Notes: a model not told the origin generated them from the sequence alone. 64,000 nt of DNA from Terracidiphilus sp. (GCA_036267935.1 DATAVC010000020.1:5608-69607), one strand, 5' to 3'. Shown: positions 9,068-20,429, counted from the stretch's first letter. Made by a program: numbers and translations.

Positions 9068-10312
9068 CTAGAGTGTGACTTCGTTGCCGGCGATGAAGAC
9101 GCGCGGGCGTGCGGGGGCGGCGATGAAGTAGGCCAGCTCGCGATAGTCAGTGAACTCGTGGATGAGAAAGTCAGCCTGCTTGTCGACTTGGAGCGAACCG
9201 ATGGTGCTGCCAAGATCGAGACTATGCGCCGCGTTGATGGTTGCGGCGACGAGGGCTTCGGCGGGAGACAGGCCCATCTGCAGACACGACAGCGACAGAA
9301 TGAACGGCATTGAGGCGATGGGCGATGAGCCGGGATTGAAGTCTGTGGCGAGAACGATGGGGAGACCAAGCTCGATCATGCGGCGCGCGGGCGGATATTG
9401 CGTGCGACCCAGCGAGAAGACAGACCCGGGGAGCAGGACGGGCTGGACCTTGGCTGCGCGAAGTTTCTGCAGAGCTTCGTCGGTGATGGTCTCGAGGTGG
9501 TCGGCAGTGGCCGCGCCAAGTTCGGCTGCGAGTTCAGCTCCTGTGCCGGGGCGGAACTGTTCGGCGTGGAGACGAAGACGAAGGCCATGTTCTTTGGCGG
9601 CAGTGAGGACGCGGCGGGTTTCGGCGACGGTGAAGGCATGGTCGTCGCAGAACGCGTCGCAGGATCGAGCGAGGCCAGCCTGGGCGACCTCGGGGATCAG
9701 CTCGTCGGTGATCCAGCGGATGTAGTCATCGCGGTGACTGGCGAACTCGGGCGGAACGGTGTGGGCGGCGAGGAGCGTGGACATGATCCGGGCGGGGCCT
9801 TCGGCGTTGAGGCGGGCGAGGACCTGCAACATGCGCAGCTCGGTGACACGATCCAGGCCATAGCCGGATTTGGCTTCGATGGTGGTGGTGCCGGAGCGCA
9901 ACATCCAGTCGCGATGCTGGCGTGTGGAGGCAAGCAACTCCTCTTCGGTCGCGGCGCGGGTGAGAGCGACGGTGCGGAGGATGCCGCCGCCGGCTGCGGC
10001 AATCTGCTGATAGGTTGCGCCGGCGATGCGCTGTTCGAATTCGGCGGCACGATTGCCGGCGAAGCAAAGATGGGTATGTGCGTCGACAAAGCCGGGGGTG
10101 ACGCAACCGCCGCCAGCGTCGATGACCACTGCGTGGGGCGGGATTTTGGCGACAAGTTCGGTGTAGGGACCAGTCGCGGTGATGTGGCCGTCCTCGATGA
10201 GCATCGCGGCGTTGGGGATGAGGCCGAGTTCGCTGAGTTCGGCGCCGATGCGCGGACGTGCGGGCCCGGCGAGGGTGACGAGTTGACCGATATTGAGGAC
10301 GGCGGTAGTCAT
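9068..10312 (-). CDS. hutI: imidazolonepropionase
   Basis: 414 aa. 'VTPGFVDAHTHLCFAGNRAAEFEQRIAGATYQQIAAAGGGI' and 'RLHAEQF' are amidohydrolase/HutI hallmarks. Adjacent to hutU. Confidence 0.93.
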   Translation of the reverse strand: MTTAVLNIGQLVTLAGPARPRIGAELSELGLIPNAAMLIEDGHITATGPYTELVAKIPPHAVVIDAGGGCVTPGFVDAHTHLCFAGNRAAEFEQRIAGATYQQIAAAGGGILRTVALTRAATEEELLASTRQHRDWMLRSGTTTIEAKSGYGLDRVTELRMLQVLARLNAEGPARIMSTLLAAHTVPPEFASHRDDYIRWITDELIPEVAQAGLARSCDAFCDDHAFTVAETRRVLTAAKEHGLRLRLHAEQFRPGTGAELAAELGAATADHLETITDEALQKLRAAKVQPVLLPGSVFSLGRTQYPPARRMIELGLPIVLATDFNPGSSPIASMPFILSLSCLQMGLSPAEALVAATINAAHSLDLGSTIGSLQVDKQADFLIHEFTDYRELAYFIAAPARPRVFIAGNEVTL

Positions 10313-10313
10313 T

Positions 10314-10410
10314 GGGAAGCTGGCGAGTTAGCGAGTTAGCGGAGTTAGCGGTGTTCGCGGAGCTGGCGGAGTTAGCGGAGTTAGTGAAGCCTGCGGAGCT
10401 AGCGGCGCGA
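10314..10410. repeat. imperfect 9-bp tandem repeat (GCGGAGTTA)n, about 10-11 units, abutting the hutI start codon
   Basis: Units read directly: gggaagctg / ggcgagtta / gcgagtta / gcggagtta / gcggtgttc / gcggagctg / gcggagtta / gcggagtta / gtgaagcct / gcggagcta / gcggcgcga. One unit is 8 nt, which breaks any reading frame. Confidence 0.85.
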
Positions 10411-10422
10411 GCAAAACAAAGG

Positions 10423-10845
10423 TCAATCCTTTGGATAGAGAGACCGGCGTGAGAACATTTTTTGCTCGACCTCGTATCCTTCAATCTCCTTGTCTGGAAT
10501 GTACCAAGTCGAAGGTCGTCTCGGATCGTATTGGATTTCAATTGTGTGTCTAATCATTTTCTTGGCTATTGATTCGCCTTCTTCGCGCCCATCAGTGAAA
10601 AGAGAAAATCGCCCGGAGTAATTCTCGCCGGCGACTGCGTATGAGAATGCGAAGCAAGGCAGATCGATTTCATTTTTGTTATCCAGATCCATCGTTTCGA
10701 TCGCGGCAGAGTGAATGGTGGACGAGACCTTTGGCCAGCTTCGAGCGCGCCTCTGGAGCAGCTTAGACAGACCAAGCCCCACGAGTGAAACGATAAGGAG
10801 CGTCCCTGCTGCGAACAGCTTAGCTTCTGATCGGCGAGCATTCAT
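10423..10845 (-). CDS. DUF3592-like single-pass membrane protein
   Basis: 140 aa from the ATG at 10845, which is 2 nt after the hutU stop. N-terminal TM 'LFAAGTLLIVSLVGLGL', then 'FAFSYAVAGENYSGRF...IEIQYDPRRPSTWYI', resembling the DUF3592 pattern. Visibly AT-richer than its neighbours. Confidence 0.6.
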   Translation of the reverse strand: MNARRSEAKLFAAGTLLIVSLVGLGLSKLLQRRARSWPKVSSTIHSAAIETMDLDNKNEIDLPCFAFSYAVAGENYSGRFSLFTDGREEGESIAKKMIRHTIEIQYDPRRPSTWYIPDKEIEGYEVEQKMFSRRSLYPKD

Positions 10846-10847
10846 GC

Positions 10848-12524
<1,677 letters not shown>

Positions 12525-12637
12525 GGAAGCAGCTCCTGAAGAAGACGATAGCGCCCGCGGGCCCGCGCGGGCCAGTGGGAGATGAATTCTGGACGTATTG
12601 GGCTTGCGGAGGAGCCCCTGAAAGCATCGAAGAGAGT

Positions 12638-13006
12638 ATGAAGACGATGATTTTAGGAACGATTGCTCTGCTCGGATTGGTGGGTTGCACGACGACCCCG
12701 TCGAATCCTTCGCCCGATCAGATTCGCGAGAACACAGCCAAGGCCACGCGCGAGGTGGTGCGCGATACCAAAGCGGTTGCGAAGGGTGTGGCCGATGGAA
12801 TCAAGCAGCAGACCGACAAGGACCGGCGCGTTGACATCAACAAGGCTTCGGCGGATGACTTGAAGAGCCTGCCAGGCGTGGACGATGCGCATGCGCGGAA
12901 GATCATTGACGGGCGTCCCTACAACGATGCCAGCGACCTGGTGAAGAAGCACGTGGTGTCGGGGACGGAGTACGACCGGATCTCGGACAAGGTGACGGCG
13001 CGGTAA
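12638..13006 (+). CDS. lipoprotein with C-terminal helix-hairpin-helix (ComEA-like) motif
   Basis: ATG at 12638 is preceded by GAAGAGAG. Lipobox 'LGLVGC'. '[30 protein letters not shown]' is an HhH motif. Confidence 0.7.
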   Translation: MKTMILGTIALLGLVGCTTTPSNPSPDQIRENTAKATREVVRDTKAVAKGVADGIKQQTDKDRRVDINKASADDLKSLPGVDDAHARKIIDGRPYNDASDLVKKHVVSGTEYDRISDKVTAR

Positions 13007-13082
13007 GGACGAGAAGCGAGTTTGAAGCGCCACCCTGAAGAACGGGCCAGGTTCGTGCTTTCGCAGGTCTCAGACCACCCCA

Positions 13083-13135
13083 CCGACGAAGACCCGTCGG
13101 CGGGGACCCCGGCATCGAGACCGGGGGCACGCGGC
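13083..13135. repeat. intergenic double-hairpin element (REP-like), ends in GGGGGCACGCGGC
   Basis: Hairpins CCGACG-aagacc-CGTCGG (13083-13100) and CCCCGG-catcgaga-CCGGGG (13107-13126). The terminal 13-mer differs at one base from 8998-9010. Confidence 0.35.
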
Positions 13136-13172
13136 AACGGTCGGCGCGCCTCGCTGATTTATTCTTCTGTTC

Positions 13173-14678
13173 GTGCCGAACACACTTGTTGAATGCGTAC
13201 CGAACTTCTCTGAGGGCCGCGATGCGGCCAAAGTCGATGCCATCGTCGAAGCGATGAGGGTGCCGGGCGTCTATCTGCTCGATCGCGAGATGGATGCCGA
13301 CCACAACCGCTGCGTGATCACCCTGGTGGGGGACCGCGAGGCGATGGAAGAGGGTGCGATCCGCGGCGCGGGCAAAGCTGCCGAGCTGATCGACCTGACG
13401 CAGCACCTGGGCGCGCACCCGCGTATGGGCGCAACCGATGTGATTCCCTTCATCCCAATCGAAGGCGTGACCGTGGAGGATTGCGTCGCAATGGCCAACC
13501 GTGTAGGCGCGGAGATTGCCAAGCGATTCGGGATTCCCGTGTACCTGTACGAGGCAGCGGCCAAGACGCCGGAGCGGCAGAATCTGGAGAACATACGGCG
13601 CGGGCAGTTTGAAGGGATTCGCGACGAGATCGGGACGCATCCCGCGCGCAAGCCGGACTTTGGTGAGCTGCGGGTTCATCCCACGGCGGGAGCCACGGTG
13701 GTGGGCGCGCGCAAGGCGCTGATTGCCTACAACGTGTTTTTGAACACGCCGGATGTGGACGTGGCGAAGAAGATTGCGAAGGCAGTACGCTTTTCGACGG
13801 GCGGCTTGCGCTTTGTGAAGGGCGCAGGGTTCCTGGTGCGCGGGCAGGCGCAGGTCTCGATGAACCTGACGGATTTTGAGCAGACGCCTGTCCATCGGGT
13901 CTTTGAGTTTGTGAAGCGCGAGGCGGCGCGGTACGGCGTGGCGGCGGTGTCGAGCGAAATTGTCGGCCTGATTCCGAAGGCTGCGCTGGAGCAGGCCGCG
14001 GAATGGTTTCTGCAGGTGGAGAACTTCGATTCGTCACTGATTCTTGAAAATCGTCTGACGGCGGTGATGAGCGGCAAGATGGCGCCCGGCGGTCCGCATG
14101 CCGGATTGCGCGCGGGGATCGAGCCTTTTATCGAGCAGCTGGCTGCGCCGACAGTAACGCCGGGGGGTGGAAGTGCGGCGGCGGCGAGCGGTGCAATGGC
14201 GGCAGGACTGGCGACCATGGTCGCGGGGATGTCGCGCGGCAAGAAGGCCTACGTGCTGTATGAAAGCCAGCTCAGCGAAGCGCTGGCACGGCTGGGTCAA
14301 CTGCGCGAGGAGCTGAAGGCTGCGATCAATGAGGATGCGGCTTCATACAACCAGGTACGGGCAGCGTACAAGGCGGCGAAGGAGTCGTCTGATGGAAGCA
14401 AGCTGATTGCGGCTGCATTGCAGGGAGCAACGAGCGTGCCGTTGAGCGTGGCTGAGCGCGCGGCGGAGATACGGAAGATCGCCGAGGGACTGAAGCCGGT
14501 GACAAATCCCAACATGAGCTCGGATCTGACCACGGCGCTTGCGCTGGCGAACGCCGCCCTGGAAGGCTCTCTGGCCAATGTGACCATCAATCTGGACTCA
14601 CTGGCGCAGGAGCCGGCGGGGGACGCAACCTTTATTGCGCGCACGAGGGCGCGGGCTGAAGCGCTGAAGGGGGCGTAA
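13173..14678 (+). CDS. ftcD: glutamate formimidoyltransferase / formimidoyltetrahydrofolate cyclodeaminase fusion (FtcD-type)
   Basis: GTG start. 'LVECVPNFSEGRD' and 'GATDVIPFIP' are formiminotransferase motifs. The C-terminal roughly 190 aa is Ala-rich helical and cyclodeaminase-like ('TPGGGSAAAASGAMAAGL'). Confidence 0.88.
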   Translation: MPNTLVECVPNFSEGRDAAKVDAIVEAMRVPGVYLLDREMDADHNRCVITLVGDREAMEEGAIRGAGKAAELIDLTQHLGAHPRMGATDVIPFIPIEGVTVEDCVAMANRVGAEIAKRFGIPVYLYEAAAKTPERQNLENIRRGQFEGIRDEIGTHPARKPDFGELRVHPTAGATVVGARKALIAYNVFLNTPDVDVAKKIAKAVRFSTGGLRFVKGAGFLVRGQAQVSMNLTDFEQTPVHRVFEFVKREAARYGVAAVSSEIVGLIPKAALEQAAEWFLQVENFDSSLILENRLTAVMSGKMAPGGPHAGLRAGIEPFIEQLAAPTVTPGGGSAAAASGAMAAGLATMVAGMSRGKKAYVLYESQLSEALARLGQLREELKAAINEDAASYNQVRAAYKAAKESSDGSKLIAAALQGATSVPLSVAERAAEIRKIAEGLKPVTNPNMSSDLTTALALANAALEGSLANVTINLDSLAQEPAGDATFIARTRARAEALKGA

Positions 14679-14846
14679 GGATGGCTTTCGCACCAAGGCC
14701 GCCAGGAGCGCGCAAGAAGAAGGCACCCGCGCAAACGCCTCAGGGCAGAGGGCTGGGGACTGGGGAATGAGCAATCGATTCCCAGGAGCACGGCAGAGGG
14801 ATTATGCTGTTGGGCAATACAAAAACAGCTCCCTTAGAGGTGCTCC

Positions 14847-17411
14847 GTGTCCAAGACAGGATTTTTCCTGTTTGCTGTACCTGCAGTCTTGTTTTTAGCC
14901 GCAACGACACAAGCGAAAGCAACCGGAGAGGCCCCGCAGAAGGCGGCCTTTGTCCGGCTGGACCGGGTCACCGCTTCCCGGCCAATCAATAACGGAATTG
15001 AGATCCGCTCCGGCACTGCCGTGATGCAGATAACCGCGTTGCGCGAGGATGTGGTGCGCATACGCGTAGGACCGGCGGGTCAACTGCCGGAAGATGCTTC
15101 GTGGGCGGTGCTGGCATCCGCACGCACGGCATCGGTTGCGGTGACGCAGGACTCGAACGGAACCGCGGTCGGATTCAAGACGGCGAAGCTCCATGTGACG
15201 GTGCGCAGAGATCCGTTGGAGCTGAGCGTGACCGATCTGCAAGGACACGCGCTGGCCGAGCAGCTTGCGGGACGCCCCATCGAGTACAACGGGACGTCGT
15301 TTCGCGTCTTCATGAAGTCGCCAGCCGATGAGCACTACTTTGGACTCGGCGACAAGCCGGGGCCGCTCGATCGCCGGAATGAAGCGTTTGTCGACTGGAA
15401 TACCGATGCGTTCGGATGGCAGGAATCGACCGATCCAATTTACAAGTCAATTCCCTACTTCGTGACGTTTCGCAAGGGGGTGTCGGCGGGCGTGTTTCTG
15501 GATAACACGTGGCGCGCGAGCTTTGAATTCAACAAGGAATATCGCGACGGCTACTCGTTCGGGTCGGAGGCCGGGCCGCTGGATTTTTATGTGCTGTATG
15601 GGCCGGAACCGAAGGCCGTGGTGGAAGAGTGGGCGTGGCTGACGGGAACGGTGCCGCTGCCGCCGCTATGGTCTTTGGGCTATCAGCAATCGCGGTACAG
15701 CTATTACCCCGAGAGCGAGGTACGGCGGATTGCGGGGATGTTGCGCAGCGAGCAGATTCCGTCGGACGTGATCTGGCTGGATATCGATTACCAGCTCAAG
15801 AACCGGCCCTTCACGGTGGACCCGGAGCGCTTTCCGCATTTCGATCAGATGATCAAGGATCTGAAGGCGGAGCATCTGAAAACGGTGTTGATCACGGACC
15901 TGCATATTGCAGATTTGCCGAATGCCGGTTACAAGCCCTATGACGAAGGCACCGCGGGCGATCATTTTGTGAAGAACCCGGATGGGTCGACCTATGTCGG
16001 CGTGGTGTGGCCGGGGAAAGCGGTCTTTCCTGATTTCACGCAAAAGGCTTCGCGCGATTGGTGGGGAACGCTCTACGCGGATTTTGTGAGCAAGGGAGCA
16101 GCGGGTTTCTGGAACGACATGAACGAGCCGGCGATTTTCCAGGTGGCTTCGAAGACGATGCCCGACGATGTGCAACATCGTATCGAAGAGCCGGGGTTCG
16201 TTACGCGGACCGCGACGCATCTGGAGATACATAACATCTTCGGCATGCAGAATTCGCGCGGCACGTACGAGGGCCTGTTGAAACTGCAGCCGAACCTGCG
16301 GCCGTTTGTGATGACACGCGCCAGCTACGCGGGCGGCCATCGCTATGCCGTGACGTGGACCGGAGACAATTCGAGCAACTGGAACCATCTGCGGCAGACT
16401 GTGCCGCAGCTGCTGAATCTAGGGCTCAGCGGTTTTGCGATGGCAGGCGCGGACGTGGGTGGATTTGCCGCTTCTCCGCAATCGGAATTGCTGACACGCT
16501 GGCTTGAAGTGGCGGCGTTCCAACCGATTGATCGCGATCATACGGCGCTCGGAACGCGACCGCAGGAGCCGTGGGAGAACGGGACGCCGGAAGATGTGAA
16601 TCTACGACGGCGCTACATCGAGGAGCGCTACCGGCTGCTGCCCTATCTCTATACGACGGCAGAGGAGATGAGCCGCACAGGGATGCCGATCGATAGGCCG
16701 CTGTTTCTCGAGTTCCCCAACGGCTCGGTGGATGGCGAGCCGCTGGACCTGGCGAACAGTGGAGCGTTTCTGTTAGGGCGTGACCTGCTGATCGCACAGA
16801 GTCCGTTCCCGGATGAGGTGGACGATTACACGGTGGGCTTGCCGCCGGTGGGTTGGTACGACTACTGGACGGGGGCGCGCGTGGATGCGAGCACGGGACG
16901 CAAAGCGATTGACAACTCCGCGGTGGCGCAGCCGGAAGTGCGCATCCATCGCACGCTGGACACTCTGCCGGTGTTTGCACGGGCGGGGGCGATTGTGCCG
17001 GAGCAGCCGCTGGTGCAAAGCACAGACGAAAAGCCGCAGGGACCGTTGACGCTGCGGGTCTATCCTCCCACCGCGGTCGGCAATGATTGCGGCGGAAGCG
17101 TGTATCTCGACGATGGGGTCAGCTACGACTTCAAAAAGGGGCAATATCTGCGCGAGAAGTTCACCTGCCGTATGAGCGCGCAGGGAGTTGTGGTGACGGT
17201 TGCTCCACGCGAAGGAGATTTTGCGCCGTGGTGGAAGCAGCTGGCGATCGAGGTGTATGGAGCGGCGAAACCGGCCGCGAGCGGCACGGCTTCGGCCCTG
17301 GACGGGACGAACGCGGGCGCGGTGGCTACCGGGTACGACTCGGAACATCACCGGATCGACGCGCTTGTCCCCGATGACGGCAAGGGCCTGGAGTTGCAGC
17401 TGGTGTATTGA
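14847..17411 (+). CDS. secreted glycoside hydrolase family 31 alpha-glucosidase
   Basis: Signal peptide 'FLFAVPAVLFLAATTQAKA'. GH31 catalytic-region motifs 'IWLDIDY', 'GFWNDMNEP' and 'TWTGDNSSNW'. Confidence 0.9.
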   Translation: MSKTGFFLFAVPAVLFLAATTQAKATGEAPQKAAFVRLDRVTASRPINNGIEIRSGTAVMQITALREDVVRIRVGPAGQLPEDASWAVLASARTASVAVTQDSNGTAVGFKTAKLHVTVRRDPLELSVTDLQGHALAEQLAGRPIEYNGTSFRVFMKSPADEHYFGLGDKPGPLDRRNEAFVDWNTDAFGWQESTDPIYKSIPYFVTFRKGVSAGVFLDNTWRASFEFNKEYRDGYSFGSEAGPLDFYVLYGPEPKAVVEEWAWLTGTVPLPPLWSLGYQQSRYSYYPESEVRRIAGMLRSEQIPSDVIWLDIDYQLKNRPFTVDPERFPHFDQMIKDLKAEHLKTVLITDLHIADLPNAGYKPYDEGTAGDHFVKNPDGSTYVGVVWPGKAVFPDFTQKASRDWWGTLYADFVSKGAAGFWNDMNEPAIFQVASKTMPDDVQHRIEEPGFVTRTATHLEIHNIFGMQNSRGTYEGLLKLQPNLRPFVMTRASYAGGHRYAVTWTGDNSSNWNHLRQTVPQLLNLGLSGFAMAGADVGGFAASPQSELLTRWLEVAAFQPIDRDHTALGTRPQEPWENGTPEDVNLRRRYIEERYRLLPYLYTTAEEMSRTGMPIDRPLFLEFPNGSVDGEPLDLANSGAFLLGRDLLIAQSPFPDEVDDYTVGLPPVGWYDYWTGARVDASTGRKAIDNSAVAQPEVRIHRTLDTLPVFARAGAIVPEQPLVQSTDEKPQGPLTLRVYPPTAVGNDCGGSVYLDDGVSYDFKKGQYLREKFTCRMSAQGVVVTVAPREGDFAPWWKQLAIEVYGAAKPAASGTASALDGTNAGAVATGYDSEHHRIDALVPDDGKGLELQLVY

Positions 17412-17425
17412 GAAGTTCGGCTTAC

Positions 17426-17462
17426 GCAGACGACCGTAATCGAAAGACGAACGGCCGTCTGC
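17426..17462 (+). other. stem-loop after the GH31 gene (terminator-like, no U-tract; contains CGAAAGACG)
   Basis: GCAGACGACCG-(15 nt)-CGGCCGTCTGC, 10 of 11 bp paired, 15 nt after the stop. Confidence 0.4.
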
Positions 17463-17484
17463 GCGTGGCTGATACCCTAGAGGC

Positions 17485-18180
17485 ATGAAATTCGGCGTCC
17501 TGGTCTTTCCCGGATCGAATTGCGATCACGACACCTACAACGTGATTGCCGCAATTGCTCATCAACCAGTGACGTTTCTGTGGCACGATTCTGAAGATCT
17601 GCAGGGCGTGGACGCGGTCCTGGTGCCGGGCGGCTTTGCGTACGGGGACTACTTGCGCACGGGCGCCATCGCGCGCTTTTCGCCGGTGATGCAATCGGTG
17701 AAGAAGTTTGCCGACCAGGGCGGGTTGGTTCTGGGCATCTGCAATGGATTCCAAATTCTGACCGAGGCCGGCCTGTTGCCGGGAGCCCTGATGCGCAATG
17801 CGGGGCTGAAGTACATCTGCAATCAGGTGCACCTGCGCACGGAGACGACCGATAGCGCCTTTACGAACCAGCTGACCAAGGGCGAGGTGTTGCAGATTCC
17901 GATCGGGCACATGGAGGGCAACTACTTCTGTACACCCGAAGACCTGGCACGGCTGAAGGCAGAGGATCGGATTGCGTTTCGTTATGCGACTGCAAAAGGC
18001 GAAGTTACGACGGACGCGAACCCCAACGGATCGCTCGAGAATATTGCGGGCATCCTGAACGAAAAGCGCAATGTGCTGGGGATGATGCCGCACCCGGATC
18101 GGTCCAGCGAGAGTCTTCTGGGTTCCGCCGACGGATGGAAGATTTTTGCTTCGATGCTTGAAGCATTGGCAGTGAAGTAG
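17485..18180 (+). CDS. purQ: phosphoribosylformylglycinamidine synthase, glutaminase subunit
   Basis: '[16 protein letters not shown]', catalytic 'GICNGFQIL' and 'MMPHPDR' are PurQ hallmarks. Confidence 0.93.
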   Translation: MKFGVLVFPGSNCDHDTYNVIAAIAHQPVTFLWHDSEDLQGVDAVLVPGGFAYGDYLRTGAIARFSPVMQSVKKFADQGGLVLGICNGFQILTEAGLLPGALMRNAGLKYICNQVHLRTETTDSAFTNQLTKGEVLQIPIGHMEGNYFCTPEDLARLKAEDRIAFRYATAKGEVTTDANPNGSLENIAGILNEKRNVLGMMPHPDRSSESLLGSADGWKIFASMLEALAVK

Positions 18181-18206
18181 GAACACCACGGGGCCCCACT
18201 TCGACG

Positions 18207-19049
18207 ATGATTGACATTCATACTCACCTTCTCTATGGAATTGACGACGGATCTCCCGATCTGCTGACTTCGCTGGCCATGGCACGGGAAGCCGCGGAGG
18301 AGGGCGTGAAGCACATCGTCTGCACGCCGCATGCGAGCAATGAGTACCCTTATCGATCGGACCTAGTGCAGGAACGATTCGCGGAGCTGAGCGAGCGGCT
18401 GCGCGATGTGGTTGGGCTGAGCCTGGGCTGCGAGTATCACATGACCGCGGAGAACATCGCCGAGGCGCTGGAGAATCCGCTGCGCTACTCGTTCAACGGC
18501 AAAGGCTATCTGCTGATCGAGCTGCCGGACGCGCTTCTTCCGCCGCAGCTGATGGACGCGGCGAAGCAGATGCAGGCGGCCGGGTACACGCTGATCCTGG
18601 CACACCCGGAGAGAAATTCTGCGATGGGCCGCAACCCCGAGCTGCTGGCCGAGTGGATGCGCGAAGGATGCCTGGTGCAAGTGACGTCGGCGTCGCTGTA
18701 TGGACGGTATGGACGCGCGGCAGAAGCGTTTGCCAATGCCCTGCTCGACCGCGACTGGATCCATTTTCTGGCCAGCGATGCGCATCATCCTGAGCGTCGG
18801 CCGCTGCATTTGCGCAAAGGATACAAGTATGTGGCCGACCGCTGCGGTGTGGAGAGAGCGGAGCGTTTGTGTGGGACGAATCCGCGCGCTGCAATAGAAG
18901 GTGCGCCGTGGCCGGAGCAGCCCGAGGCCGTTGGGCTTTTGGAGCGGGTGCCGATCAAGTTCGATCCGCAACGACCGGTGCCGAAAGTGAAGTCTGCGGA
19001 GAAGAAGGCCGAGAAGCGGCCGTTCTGGAAGCGACTGTTGCCGCTTTAA
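18207..19049 (+). CDS. PHP-domain protein-tyrosine phosphatase (CpsB/YwqE-like)
   Basis: '[18 protein letters not shown]', 'CTPH' and 'LAHPERN...FLASDAHH' are the metal-binding His/Asp motifs of the CpsB family. Confidence 0.8.
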   Translation: MIDIHTHLLYGIDDGSPDLLTSLAMAREAAEEGVKHIVCTPHASNEYPYRSDLVQERFAELSERLRDVVGLSLGCEYHMTAENIAEALENPLRYSFNGKGYLLIELPDALLPPQLMDAAKQMQAAGYTLILAHPERNSAMGRNPELLAEWMREGCLVQVTSASLYGRYGRAAEAFANALLDRDWIHFLASDAHHPERRPLHLRKGYKYVADRCGVERAERLCGTNPRAAIEGAPWPEQPEAVGLLERVPIKFDPQRPVPKVKSAEKKAEKRPFWKRLLPL

Positions 19050-19061
19050 GATTCCCCGAAC

Positions 19062-19796
19062 CTAGAGAGAGAGCCCGCCGTCTACGGTGAGGATCTGTCC
19101 AGTAACAAAACTTGCCTGCGCTGCGAAAAAGAGGACTGCCTCGGCGATGTCTTCTGCTGTGCCGTTGCGGCGCATCGGTGTCTTGGCAGCGTAGTGCGCG
19201 GCCATCTCTTCGCCTTTGTCATTCTGATCGATCCACCCGGGTGCAACGCAGTTGACGGCGATCGATGGAGCCCATGCCTTGGCCATCACCTGGGTCAGCA
19301 TGTGGACAGCGGATTTGGAGGCGCAGTAGTGGCCGTGGGTGGGCCAGGCGTTGAGTCCGCCGAGGGAGCCTAGATTGACGATGCGGCCACTTACGGCGCG
19401 CAGATGCGGCAGGGCCTCGCGCGCGAAGAGGAAGGGTCCGCGGGTGTTGGTCTCAAACATTCGATCCCATTGCTCAACGGTCATCTGATCGAGGGCAGTA
19501 GCCTCGTAGATTGCGGCGTTATTGATGAGCAGGTCGATGCGGCCGTGGAAAGCTGCGGTCTTGGAAACCACCTCGCGCACTTCGGTCTCAGAGCGCACGT
19601 CGCATGCAAGTGCCTGCGCCTTGCGCCCCAGATTGCGCATCTGCTGGATTGTCTCTTCGGCGTCTGACGCGGAGGAGCGATAGGTGATGGTGACATCGGC
19701 GCCGGCTTGGGCCAGGGAGAGCGCGATGGCTCGGCCGATGCGGCGTGCACCACCAGTCACCAGCGCGGATTTTCCACTCAAGGCAAGAGAAGACAT
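19062..19796 (-). CDS. SDR-family oxidoreductase (pteridine-reductase-like)
   Basis: 'ALVTGGARRIGRAIALSLAQAGADV' Rossmann motif and catalytic 'YCASKSA'. Confidence 0.85.
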   Translation of the reverse strand: MSSLALSGKSALVTGGARRIGRAIALSLAQAGADVTITYRSSASDAEETIQQMRNLGRKAQALACDVRSETEVREVVSKTAAFHGRIDLLINNAAIYEATALDQMTVEQWDRMFETNTRGPFLFAREALPHLRAVSGRIVNLGSLGGLNAWPTHGHYCASKSAVHMLTQVMAKAWAPSIAVNCVAPGWIDQNDKGEEMAAHYAAKTPMRRNGTAEDIAEAVLFFAAQASFVTGQILTVDGGLSL

Positions 19797-19844
19797 AGCT
19801 GAATTGTCGGAGCGTTTCGTCTGGATACGAGCGGCGGCCTGAAC

Positions 19845-20429
19845 CTATTGCGGCTGGGGCTGGCTTGCATCGGGCTTGGAGTCGGACTGATTCGCAGACT
19901 CGGACGGCGGATCGCTCTTGGGCGCATCTTTTGCAGCACCGTTGGGCGCATCTTTTGCCGCACCATCTTGATCTGCGGGCTTGTCCTTGTCTGCTCCGTT
20001 TCCTTCTGCAGCCTCGGGATGCTTTTCGTAGATGGAGTACTGTTTCGACGGCCGCTTCAATTTCACTTCGAAAGACATCTGGCTCTTGTCGATGTCGTAG
20101 TCCTTGCCGTAGGTCTGGTATCCCTTGGCAAGCACCTGCAGCAACACCTTGGAACCGGTCGGCAGCACATCGATCATGGTCTTGCCGTCTTCGTTGGTCT
20201 TCAGTTCCATGTTGCCCTTGTCGCCGACCAGGGTGAAGATGACGGCCGCATTTTCGATGGGCTTGTCGTCTTCAGCGCGCAGGATCGTGATCTCAATGCG
20301 CGAGTTGGGGGCTGGAGCCTTATATTTGCGGCCACGGCGGTTCGTCTCCTGTGCGGAAACGACAAGAGTGGCGCAAATTGCGAGGAGGAAGAGGGCGGAA
20401 ATCAGGCGGCTGAGGCGACGGGACAGCAT
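19845..20429 (-). CDS. secreted protein with carboxypeptidase-regulatory-like beta-sandwich and acidic low-complexity tail
   Basis: Signal peptide 'LISALFLLAICATLVVSAQ'. 'IENAAVIF...TNEDGKTMIDVLPTGSKVLLQVLAKGYQ' fits the CarboxypepD_reg pattern. The tail has 'GAAKDAPNGAAKDAP'. Confidence 0.6.
   Translation of the reverse strand: MLSRRLSRLISALFLLAICATLVVSAQETNRRGRKYKAPAPNSRIEITILRAEDDKPIENAAVIFTLVGDKGNMELKTNEDGKTMIDVLPTGSKVLLQVLAKGYQTYGKDYDIDKSQMSFEVKLKRPSKQYSIYEKHPEAAEGNGADKDKPADQDGAAKDAPNGAAKDAPKSDPPSESANQSDSKPDASQPQPQ

Noticed and set aside
10314-10410. Whether the 9-bp array here, or the 33-bp array at 36858-37022, could be a CRISPR array.
   Set aside because: The units are contiguous with no spacers, far shorter (9 bp) or in frame within a gene (33 bp), and there are no cas genes in the window.
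12552-12571. Overlapping GC palindromes GCCCGCGGGC / GCCCGCGCGGGC in the hutU / lipoprotein divergent region.
   Set aside because: Pure G/C palindromes of this size are common by composition in high-GC DNA. They bear no resemblance to known HutC-type operators. I see no second copy.
19901-19960. Roughly 24-nt direct duplication (ttgggcgcatcttttgc[a/c]gcacc) in the 3' part of the gene at 19845-20429.
   Set aside because: It simply encodes the duplicated 'GAAKDAP' in a low-complexity acidic tail. It looks like local slippage within a disordered region and not a separate feature.
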